Positions 27,147 to 34,847 of a DNA stretch of 48,562 nucleotides are shown here, in pieces. Below the pieces are notes generated by a model, which saw only the letters and a program-made list of their open reading frames with translations, was not told the DNA's origin and made no database searches. The DNA is taken from positions 1 to 48,562 of the forward strand of contig DAOMOD010000004.1 of the NCBI GenBank assembly GCA_035444205.1. Direction: 5' to 3'. Source of the DNA: Lysobacteraceae bacterium (GTDB lineage Bacteria; Pseudomonadota; Gammaproteobacteria; Xanthomonadales; BPKI01). Numbering within the stretch: position 1 is the stretch's first letter; the number at the start of each line of letters is the position of its first letter. The translations under genes and the position numbers were made by a program.

Positions 27147-28628
27147 TCACCAGGTATAGCGCACGGTATAGGTCACCTTGACCTCACCATCGGCGGGGAT
27201 GTCGACCGGAAAGTCGATGGTCTGCGCGTCGCGTTTGACGTACTTCATGCTCTCGGACCTGATGGTCCAGTTGCTCCAGCGGTACAGGTACTCACGCACC
27301 ACCACGCGCGCCGCTTCCTTCTTGCGGTTGCGCACCTCGACCTCGAAGCTTTCCTCGATCCAGCGCGCCTTGCTGTCGACGCGGAAGTCGGTCTGGCGGC
27401 GTTCGCCGACGATGTCGAAAGCGGTGCCCAGCTTGAGACTGAGCTTCTCGTTGCGCGGTGTGTGGCGGATCACATCTTCGCCGATGAACTCCAGGCTGCC
27501 GTCCTTGCTCATCTGGTTGACGCGCACGCGGCCGGCCGGCAGCGGCATGCCGAGCCGATTGTCCTCGCGGTTCTCGAACTCGAGGAAGGCGCCGACCTCG
27601 CCGCGGCGGGTGGCGGCGAACCCCTGCTGGGTATTGGGTCCGCCCCAGAAGGTGCGCACTTCGGGCGACGCGGTGAACACCAGTTGCTTGCTGCATGTCG
27701 CGCCTGTGGCGGTGGGGAACAGCTCGATCTGTTTGGTGGCGTTGTTGGGCAGGTCGGTACGGCGGCCCAGCGTGTACAGGTGGTACTCGAACAGCTCGGA
27801 CTGCTGGAAACCGTCATCCACCATCGGTGCCGCCGCCAACTCTGCGCGTACGCGCATGGGGTAGGCCTGCGGCGCGGCCGGCGCGCGGCGCACCTCGCCC
27901 GCTACCAGCTGGAGCTGGGCGTTGGGGAAGCTGCCGCCGGACTGATTGACCAGGGTGATCCAGGCGCCCATGTCCATGCGGCAGCCCTGGCTCTCGTCCA
28001 TCACCACGTTGTAGTCGCTCCACCAGGTGAGCCCCTGCGCCTGGTAGCTCACCCGCACCTTGTGGTTGCCGGCGCGCGCGGCATCGACCAGCCACACCAG
28101 CGTGGGCTTGGTGATCAGGCCGCCGGGCAGGGACGGATAGCGGATGGCGCTCCAGCTGGTCAGCGTGGCGATCTCGCCGGAGTCCAGCTTCAGGGTGATG
28201 CCGTTCTGCGCCGAAAGGAGCTCGCCGCTCAGGCGCTCCAAGCTGTCGCCGCGGACCTGCTCCACGCGGATGGTCTCGCCCAGATAGCGCTCCAGAAGCT
28301 TGCTGCCGGAGACCAGGTCGTACTGGTAGTTCTGCTCGATGACGCGGGTGCCGGCACCGTCGGTGAGCGACAGGAAACCGACCGTGGTCGGGTCCATGCG
28401 TGCGGCCACATCGGAGAAGCGCAGTTCCTGGCGGCCGCGGGCGAGAGACATCGTGCGTTCGTCGCGGACCAGGGCATAGCCGGGCAGGTTGTCGCCGTAC
28501 TGGGCAAGTCGCTGAATGTCGATCTGGCCCGGCTGGGCGCTTGAATAAACCGTCAGCGAGAAGTCGGGGTCCTCAGCCGTGGCACCGAGAGCGAAGGAGG
28601 AAAGGGCAAGGCCGAGGACCGTACGCAT
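27147..28628 (-). CDS. DUF4139 domain-containing secreted protein (493 aa)
   Basis: Signal peptide, all-beta composition, ...LVWLVDAARAGNHKVRVSYQAQGLTWWSDYNVV... and C-terminal ...VKVTYTVRYTW, typical of DUF4139/DUF4140 proteins. Confidence 0.7.
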   Translation of the reverse strand: MRTVLGLALSSFALGATAEDPDFSLTVYSSAQPGQIDIQRLAQYGDNLPGYALVRDERTMSLARGRQELRFSDVAARMDPTTVGFLSLTDGAGTRVIEQNYQYDLVSGSKLLERYLGETIRVEQVRGDSLERLSGELLSAQNGITLKLDSGEIATLTSWSAIRYPSLPGGLITKPTLVWLVDAARAGNHKVRVSYQAQGLTWWSDYNVVMDESQGCRMDMGAWITLVNQSGGSFPNAQLQLVAGEVRRAPAAPQAYPMRVRAELAAAPMVDDGFQQSELFEYHLYTLGRRTDLPNNATKQIELFPTATGATCSKQLVFTASPEVRTFWGGPNTQQGFAATRRGEVGAFLEFENREDNRLGMPLPAGRVRVNQMSKDGSLEFIGEDVIRHTPRNEKLSLKLGTAFDIVGERRQTDFRVDSKARWIEESFEVEVRNRKKEAARVVVREYLYRWSNWTIRSESMKYVKRDAQTIDFPVDIPADGEVKVTYTVRYTW

Positions 28629-28742
28629 GGTTGAGTTTCCGGAGAGTGGACAGCCAAGCGACCGGCCCCTGCGCGCCTTCGTTCCCGCGCGCCGGAAGGC
28701 CGTTCATGCGCGATTGTGCAGCGCGCCGCGCCGCATCGCCAG

Positions 28743-30209
28743 TCAACAGCGGGCGCGGCCCCGACGCGGACGGGCGGTCGCGCATCCGGCAACCAGGATG
28801 GGTGCCGTACGTTCCCGCAGAAGTCGCGGCGGTTCAGGGGCTTGCATGCCCGTCGCTATCGAATTCGTCCGCTCGGACAAGTGAGCCATCGCGCCAGGCG
28901 TGGCCGGCGCGATAGGCGGCCAGGCGCTGTTCAGGCGCCGGCCCACGCGCAGTGCGCGCTGCTGCCATTCGACGGCTTCCTTGAAGCGTCCATTCTCGGC
29001 CAGAGCCGCCGCATGGGCTTGCGCCATCGAGGGATCGCTACGGAGCACCTGCGAGGGCAGGTTCGACGTCAACGACAAGGCCAACACGCCGTCGCGTTCT
29101 TCATCGAGCGGATGGGTGGCCAGTCGGCGCACGCCCAGCAGCACGGCCGGGAGGAAGCCCTCCCGCGCGGCGCGAATCAACGCTTCCCGCCGCGCGTCGG
29201 CGTGCAGGTCGTTCCGGCGTGTCACGGCTACCAGCGCCGGCGCGAATCCCTGCCTTGCCGCAAGTACTTCCCAGCGGGCGGCGTGATCGGGCATGGACCG
29301 GGCAAGTTGCTCGCTCAGCGCGTAACGGGCTTCCGCCATCCCGGCGACCGCCGCGCTCTGCATCAGCAGGCCGCGTTCCGCGGGTTCGAGCTGAAACAGG
29401 CCGTCCAGGCGTGCATCGAGCTCGGCCACGACGTAGGCGTGCGCCGGATTGCCGTTGCGCGCCGAATCGAGGATGTCCTGTGCCCAGGCGAGGGCGGCAT
29501 CGGAGTAACCGCTGCGGCCGTGGAGATCGAACGTGATCACCTGGGTCAAGTGGCGGTAGCCCGTCGCCGGGCATGCATGCGCATGCCAGCGACGCACCGC
29601 GCGCCGCGCCGGTTCCGCGAAGCGATCGTCGCGGATCAGGGTCGGCATGGCATGTACCGCATCGGCGTTGCCTTCGGGGCTCACCAGGAAATGCAGGACG
29701 GCATAGCCGATCTGGCGCTCGCGTGCGGATTGATCCGGGTATTGGGGCGGCGAGCGTTGCATGTGCTCGACCAGGCAGCCTTCGCTGGCATGGCGTAAGG
29801 GCTTCGCATGCATCATCGCGACGGCGTCGTGCGTGGCGCGCAAGCGCTCGAGTGTTACGCCAGCCGAGAGCTGTTGTGCGGGCGACAGGGCAGCCTCGAC
29901 GGTTGGCATGGCTTGCGCTGCACTTGCATCGCCATCCTGCATGGCCCAGCGCATCCACGCGAGGGCTTCCGCTTCATCGGTTTCGCCACCCTCGCCCTTG
30001 AGCAGCATGACGCCGAGATTGAAGCGCGCCTCGGGATGGCCGAGTTCGGCCAGGTGACGAAAGGCGACGCGTGCCTCGACCAGGTCACCGCGCTGATACG
30101 CGGCGAGTGCGTCGCCAAACTCCATCAGGTGGGGATAGGCGGCCGGGCTGAGGGCGGTCGCCGAGTTGCCGGTCAGCAACAGGAAGCCGAGCATCAATGC
30201 ACGCGCCAT
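28743..30209 (-). CDS. Sel1-repeat protein with internal TonB-C-like domain (488 aa); C-terminus uncertain
   Basis: Inner start MARALMLGFLLLTGNSATA (30209). Sel1-like HLAELGHPEARFNLGVMLLKGEGGETDEAEALAWMRWA. TonB_C-like PPQYPDQSARERQIGYAVLHFLVSPEGNADAV...ARRAVRRW. Confidence 0.6.
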   Translation of the reverse strand: MARALMLGFLLLTGNSATALSPAAYPHLMEFGDALAAYQRGDLVEARVAFRHLAELGHPEARFNLGVMLLKGEGGETDEAEALAWMRWAMQDGDASAAQAMPTVEAALSPAQQLSAGVTLERLRATHDAVAMMHAKPLRHASEGCLVEHMQRSPPQYPDQSARERQIGYAVLHFLVSPEGNADAVHAMPTLIRDDRFAEPARRAVRRWHAHACPATGYRHLTQVITFDLHGRSGYSDAALAWAQDILDSARNGNPAHAYVVAELDARLDGLFQLEPAERGLLMQSAAVAGMAEARYALSEQLARSMPDHAARWEVLAARQGFAPALVAVTRRNDLHADARREALIRAAREGFLPAVLLGVRRLATHPLDEERDGVLALSLTSNLPSQVLRSDPSMAQAHAAALAENGRFKEAVEWQQRALRVGRRLNSAWPPIAPATPGAMAHLSERTNSIATGMQAPEPPRLLRERTAPILVAGCATARPRRGRARC

Positions 30210-30274
30210 GCGAGCGGTCTCCGTTTGGTCCTGAACGCGAAGCGTAGCGGCGAGATCGAGGTGGATCAATATTT

Positions 30275-30324
30275 GGGAACCTCTGAACAAGTCCGCGCGC
30301 GCGAGGACTTGTTCAGAGGTTCCC
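30275..30324. repeat. perfect 20-bp inverted repeat (stem-loop) abutting the GT41 stop codon; possible terminator
   Basis: GGGAACCTCTGAACAAGTCC-GCGCGCGCGA-GGACTTGTTCAGAGGTTCCC. There is no U-tract on either strand. The stem contains CTGAACA, the unit of the 34.8-kb heptamer array. Confidence 0.5.
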
Positions 30325-32429
30325 TAGCCCGCGAGCATGGTCTCGATGGTTTCCGGCAATGCCAGCAGCGCATCGTCGCGCTGGAACAGCGCATCCTTGT
30401 GGGCGTCGATGGTGCTGCGCAACTGACGGCGCCGGGCGGCATCGCCGGCCAGGGCAATCGCCGCTTCCGCGAGGCCTTCCGGAGAGGGGTGGATCAATTC
30501 GTCCATGCCGATCAGGCGCAGCATGGCCGCGCTCTGGCGGCCGCGCATGAACCGCCCGGGGCAGGTGAGGATGGGCAGTCCGCTGGCCAGTGCGTCGAGG
30601 CTGGTGTTGCCGCCCGACCAGTGCAACGTGTCGAGCATGAAGTCGCAGGCCCGATTGACCGCGAGATAGTGCGGTCGGTCTGTCAGAGGGAGTATTCGCA
30701 GCTGGAGTGCGGGATTGGCGCCGGCCGATTCCAGCGCACGTTCGACACGACTGCGAAGCGCGTGCGTCATGCCCGGCGACTCGCCTCCGAACAACACCCA
30801 GGTCAGGTCGGGAACGGCGGCAGCAATCTGGCCGAGCACGGCGTCGTTGTCCGGGTGGATCTTGAATGGGCTTTGCGGGAACAGGCCGAGCACGCGCTCG
30901 GCAGGAAGGCCGAGGTCCTCGCGCGACCGTGGCGGGGCGGCCGGTGGAGGCAGGTAGTGGCTGCCGATTCCGGGAAGCAGGTGCAAACGCTCGCTATAGT
31001 GAAACTGCGCGTCGGCAGGTTCCATCTCGGCGCAGGACAGCATGGCGTCGATGTTGGGCAGCCCACTGGTTACCGGATGGCCCCATGCGCATGCCTGGCG
31101 CCGCGCAAGGCGCAGCGAGGCCAATGGAATCACACGCATGTCCATGCCCAGCTCCGGATAGATGATCAGGTCGAACGCTGCCTCGTGCAGCGTATCGGCC
31201 AGCGCGTCCAGACCTTCGTCCCAGCGCGCCAAGCTGGAGCAGCCCGCTGCGAATCGGTCGGTGAACTCATCGTAGCGTGGCCCCAACTGGAACACGCTCA
31301 CGTCGTAGCCGGCCTCACTCAAGGCGCGTGGCCATGCGCCGAAGTAATGGCCCGCGGTACAGTTGCGGAAGCATGAGCCGACGAATCCGATGCGCCGCCC
31401 GTTCGTTCCGGGTCCAATGGCCTCCATGAGCGTGGGGCGAAAGGTGGTCAGGCAGCGCGCGACAAGGCGGCCGTAGTTCTCCTGCAGCTCGCGATCGTCC
31501 CGCCCGTGGTAGGCGAGCAGAAAATTGCTCCACACCAGCTGGTCGAAGCTCGGTGCCATCTTCGACAGGCGCGCTGGAGTGAGTTGCCTGTGCAGTTCGG
31601 AAAGGCCTTGCTGGAAGCCTTCGCGTGCGTGGTCCACCCAATGCTGATCCTCCGGCACCGGCGGCAGGGACAGATGAGCCTGCAACAGGCCACGCAGGCC
31701 GGGAGCGTGTCGTCCCTCGCCGCTGGCGGTGAAGACCGCCAGGGATATTTCGCGTGCCGGCTTGAGGTGGTGGTTGCATGCCAGCTCCCGGGCTGCTTCG
31801 AGTGCCGCCACCGCGCTCCCGGATTCCGGTGGCAGCGGATGCAGCAGGCGCAGGGTCAGGCGCGGCATGCTGGCGCGAGCAGCGACCTTGGCGGCACGCA
31901 GGCGCAGATCGTCCGGCAGGTTGTCGGGAATGGGCGTCAGCCAGCGCGCGGCAGCTTCCATGTCGCTCGGCAGGAGAAGCTCGGCGAGCAGCAGGCGCGC
32001 CTCGGTGTCGTCCGGGCTGATTTCGAGCAGTCGGGTCAGAGTCTGGACGGCACGGGGATCGTCGTTCTGGGCCTGGAAAAGCAGGGCCAGATTGAACATG
32101 GCGGGCGCGTATTCCGGAAGCAGGACCAGCGCGTCCATCAGGTCGTGGCGGGCATGCTCCAGATCCCCGGCGCGCAGACGGCGCGAGCCGCGTGCGTTGA
32201 GTGTGGTGGCCAGGGCGCGCTGAAAACGCGGATCTTCGGGAAGCTGTCGCTGCAGCACCTCCAGATCCTCGATCGCGGCATCCAGTTGGCCGCTCTTGAT
32301 GTGCGCGTTGGCGCGCAGGCTGCGTGCTTCGGTGTCGAGGTCGTTGCCAGCCAGTAGCGCATCGGTCAAGGTCAGCACCTGCGCAAGGTCGCCGGCAAGG
32401 AAGGCGCGACGTGCCTGATCGAGGCTCAT
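30324..32429 (-). CDS. TPR-repeat protein fused to GT41 (O-GlcNAc-transferase/SPY-like) glycosyltransferase (701 aa)
   Basis: N-terminal TPRs. The C-terminal half carries ...AWGHPVTSGLPNIDAMLS..., ...FKIHPDNDAVL... and ...DTLHWSGGNTSLDALASGLPILTCPG, characteristic of bacterial OGT homologues. I prefer the ATG at 32429 to the GTG at 32471. Confidence 0.8.
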   Translation of the reverse strand: MSLDQARRAFLAGDLAQVLTLTDALLAGNDLDTEARSLRANAHIKSGQLDAAIEDLEVLQRQLPEDPRFQRALATTLNARGSRRLRAGDLEHARHDLMDALVLLPEYAPAMFNLALLFQAQNDDPRAVQTLTRLLEISPDDTEARLLLAELLLPSDMEAAARWLTPIPDNLPDDLRLRAAKVAARASMPRLTLRLLHPLPPESGSAVAALEAARELACNHHLKPAREISLAVFTASGEGRHAPGLRGLLQAHLSLPPVPEDQHWVDHAREGFQQGLSELHRQLTPARLSKMAPSFDQLVWSNFLLAYHGRDDRELQENYGRLVARCLTTFRPTLMEAIGPGTNGRRIGFVGSCFRNCTAGHYFGAWPRALSEAGYDVSVFQLGPRYDEFTDRFAAGCSSLARWDEGLDALADTLHEAAFDLIIYPELGMDMRVIPLASLRLARRQACAWGHPVTSGLPNIDAMLSCAEMEPADAQFHYSERLHLLPGIGSHYLPPPAAPPRSREDLGLPAERVLGLFPQSPFKIHPDNDAVLGQIAAAVPDLTWVLFGGESPGMTHALRSRVERALESAGANPALQLRILPLTDRPHYLAVNRACDFMLDTLHWSGGNTSLDALASGLPILTCPGRFMRGRQSAAMLRLIGMDELIHPSPEGLAEAAIALAGDAARRRQLRSTIDAHKDALFQRDDALLALPETIETMLAG

Positions 32430-32453
32430 GGCACGATCAGGCTGGACGGCTGG

Positions 32454-32471
32454 GTGTCCGAAAACGGACAC
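32454..32471. promoter_or_regulatory. perfect palindrome GTGTCCG-AAAA-CGGACAC in a divergent promoter gap
   Basis: It lies between the GT41 start (32429, minus) and the ABC ATPase start (32520/32577, plus). It is a candidate operator; no factor is known. Confidence 0.3.
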
Positions 32472-32519
32472 TGGATGCGGGTCCGGTCGGATTCAAGCCG
32501 CACCAGACGGCTGCCCACC

Positions 32520-33260
32520 ATGCGGCACGCTGGTTGCATCCTGTTGAATGATCCCATCATCCTGGAAGTCGAATCCGTGATTGAACTCAGTAATGTCGAG
32601 AAATCTTACCCGTTGCAGGCGGGTCGGGTCTGGGTATTGCGTCACATCCAGCTCAGTGTCGCCGAGGGCGAGTTCCTGAGCGTGATCGGACCGTCCGGTT
32701 CCGGCAAATCCACCCTGCTCGGCATCCTCGGCCTGCTCGACGCCGACTGGCAGGGCCAGTACCGTTTCGGCGATGCCGAGATCCACCGCATGGGTGCGCG
32801 CGACCGCAATGCCTTCGCACGCGACAACGTGGGGTTCATCTTTCAGCAGTACCACCTGATCGATGACCTCACCGTCTACGAGAATCTTGACCTGCCGCTT
32901 TCCTATCGCGACATCAAATCCGACGAGCGGCGCTCCCGGGTCGCCGACATGCTCGATCGTTTCCAGATCGTCGGCAAGAAGGACCTGTTTCCGCGCCAGC
33001 TTTCCGGCGGCCAGCAGCAGATGGTGGCAGTGGCGCGCGCGGTCATCACCCGGCCGCGCCTGCTGCTGGCGGACGAACCCACCGGCGCCCTGCACACCAG
33101 TCAGGGCAGGATGATCATGGACCTGCTGGAGGAGTTGAATCGCGATGGCATGACCATCGTGCAGGTCACCCACAATCCGGAGTACGCGGCACGCGGCCAG
33201 CGCACCATCGAGCTTCAGGACGGCTGGATCAGCGGCCAGAAGCAGGATTCCGCGGCATGA
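32520..33260 (+). CDS. ABC transporter ATP-binding protein (MacB/LolD-like), no permease nearby
   Basis: ...[10 protein letters not shown]..., Walker [10 protein letters not shown], signature LSGGQQQ and Walker B LLLADEPT. The start is uncertain (ATG 32520, or GTG 32577 giving [11 protein letters not shown]). Confidence 0.85.
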   Translation: MRHAGCILLNDPIILEVESVIELSNVEKSYPLQAGRVWVLRHIQLSVAEGEFLSVIGPSGSGKSTLLGILGLLDADWQGQYRFGDAEIHRMGARDRNAFARDNVGFIFQQYHLIDDLTVYENLDLPLSYRDIKSDERRSRVADMLDRFQIVGKKDLFPRQLSGGQQQMVAVARAVITRPRLLLADEPTGALHTSQGRMIMDLLEELNRDGMTIVQVTHNPEYAARGQRTIELQDGWISGQKQDSAA

Positions 33261-34636
33261 GCCGGCGCCCCCACATCCTGGTCGCCGACGACCAGCCCGA
33301 CGTGCTGCAGGCCCTGCGCCTGCTGCTCAAGTCCGAGGGCTTCACCTGTCGTACCGTCAGCTCGCCCGCCGAGGCCACGGAAGCGATCGGCAAGGACGCC
33401 TTCGATGCCGCCCTGATCGACCTGAATTACAGCCGCGATACCACCTCGGGGCAGGAGGGCCTGGACCTCATCGAGAAGCTGCGCGACATCGAGGGTGAGC
33501 TTCCGGTGGTGGTGATGACTGCATGGGCCACCATCGATATCGCGGTGGAGGCCATGCGCCGCGGCGCCGGCGATTTCATCGAGAAGCCGTGGGAGAACCG
33601 CCGTCTGATCTCGGTACTGCGCAACCAGGTGGCGCTCGGTCAGGCGCGTCGCCGCGAAGCCCGGCTGAGTACCGAGAATGCACTGCTGCGCGAGGAGGGT
33701 GAGGGTGAGTTCATCGCCCGTTCGGCCGCCATGCGGCCGGTGCTGGCGATGATCGAGCGGGTGGCGCCGTCGGACGCCAACGTGCTGATCCTCGGCGAGA
33801 ACGGCACAGGCAAAGGGGTGATCGCAGATCTCATCCACCGCGCCTCGCGGCGCGCCGGGCAGTCGCTGATCAAGGTCAACATGGGCGGCATCGCCGAAAG
33901 CGTGTTCGAGTCGGAGATGTTCGGCCACGTCAAGGGTGCCTTCACCGACGCCCGTAGCGATCGCATCGGGCGCTTCGAACTGGCCGACGGCGGCACCCTG
34001 TTTCTCGACGAGATTGCCAACATTCCCATGTCGCAGCAGCCCAAGCTGCTGCGCGTGCTGGAAGATGGCGAGCTGGAGCGCGTCGGTTCCTCGCGCACGC
34101 TCAAGGTGGACGTGCGTCTGCTTGCCGCGACCAACGCCGACCTCGCCGCCGAAGTCGCGCGAGGCGCCTTCCGCAAGGACCTGCTGTACCGGTTGAATAC
34201 GGTCGAACTGCGGCTGCCCCCATTGCGCGAACGTCGTGAGGACATCGTGCCCATGGCCGAGGCCTTCCTGCGTCGATCAGGGCGCCGCTACCAACGCGAG
34301 GACCTGCGCTTCTCGCCTTCGGCGCTGCTCCTTCTGGAGCGGTACGCCTGGCCGGGCAATGTGCGCGAGCTGTCACACGTGATCGAGCGCGCCGTGCTGA
34401 TGACACAGGGCAGCGTGATCGAGCAGGTCGACGTCGGCGCGCCTGCGGTGGCCGCCGATTCCGCCGTCGAAAAGGTCGCCCTGGGCTCGATGACCCTGGA
34501 GGAGGCGGAGCAGGCGATGATCCGCAATGCCATGGACCGCTGCGAGGGGAACATCCAGCACGCCGCCGACATGCTCGGCCTGTCCCGGCCGGCGCTGTAT
34601 CGGCGGCTGGAGAAGTATGGGATCCAGGCCGCTTAG
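33257..34636 (+). CDS. sigma54-dependent (NtrC/Fis-family) response regulator (459 aa)
   Basis: Receiver domain (ILVADDQPDV...), AAA+ domain (GENGTGKG, ESEMFGHVKGAFTDA, LFLDEI) and C-terminal Fis-type HTH (GNIQHAADMLGLSRPALYRRL). ATGA overlap with the ABC ATPase stop. Confidence 0.9.
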   Translation: MSRRPHILVADDQPDVLQALRLLLKSEGFTCRTVSSPAEATEAIGKDAFDAALIDLNYSRDTTSGQEGLDLIEKLRDIEGELPVVVMTAWATIDIAVEAMRRGAGDFIEKPWENRRLISVLRNQVALGQARRREARLSTENALLREEGEGEFIARSAAMRPVLAMIERVAPSDANVLILGENGTGKGVIADLIHRASRRAGQSLIKVNMGGIAESVFESEMFGHVKGAFTDARSDRIGRFELADGGTLFLDEIANIPMSQQPKLLRVLEDGELERVGSSRTLKVDVRLLAATNADLAAEVARGAFRKDLLYRLNTVELRLPPLRERREDIVPMAEAFLRRSGRRYQREDLRFSPSALLLLERYAWPGNVRELSHVIERAVLMTQGSVIEQVDVGAPAVAADSAVEKVALGSMTLEEAEQAMIRNAMDRCEGNIQHAADMLGLSRPALYRRLEKYGIQAA

Positions 34637-34646
34637 CGGCCTGGGG

Positions 34647-34828
34647 TTTTCAGTTTTCAGTGTTCAGTTTTCAGATGCGCGCACCACCGATTGCGAATCG
34701 ATGCTGGCAATCCTGGCTCGATCCGGAGTATGAAGGTCTGCATCCAAAGGAGAGTTCAGCCCGTTTTCTGCGCTCGGTCTTCAAGTCTGAGAACTGAACA
34801 CTGAACACTGAACACCGAACACTGAAAA
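34647..34828. repeat. heptamer-array hairpin element A: (TTTTCAG/TGTTCAG)x4, 112-nt core, (CTGAACA-type)x6
   Basis: Left array 34647-34674 and right array 34787-34828 (CTGAGAA CTGAACA CTGAACA CTGAACA CCGAACA CTGAAAA). The arms are reverse complements: 28 bp in register with 3 mismatches. Confidence 0.85.
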
Positions 34829-34847
34829 CCGTCTCCAGAGACCCCCC

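Noticed and set aside
28834-28960. Possible frameshift near the 3' end of the Sel1/TonB-C gene. An alternative frame reads ...PEQRLAAYRAGHAWRDGSLVRADEFDSDGHASP*, which looks more protein-like than the annotated Arg/Pro-rich tail.
   Set aside because: GC3 does not discriminate between the two frames, and I cannot verify the motif without a database comparison. I left it as a note on an uncertain C-terminus.
32428-32445. TGGCACGATCAGGCTG as a sigma54 (-24/-12) promoter upstream of the ABC ATPase/regulator operon
   Set aside because: The -24 element is perfect, but no GC dinucleotide falls at the correct -12 spacing (it is off by one, and TTGC is absent). Other TGGCAC occurrences (for example 5481, 9287 and 34973) also lack a correctly spaced TTGC or lie inside coding sequence.
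34675-34797. 40-codon ORF (MRAPPIANRCWQSWLDPEYEGLHPKESSARFLRSVFKSEN) spanning the core of element A exactly
   Set aside because: Its GC3 is about 60%, well below that of neighbouring genes, and it has no SD. The equivalent cores of elements B and C do not keep an ORF in the corresponding frame, so the shared blocks are more likely nucleic-acid signals.
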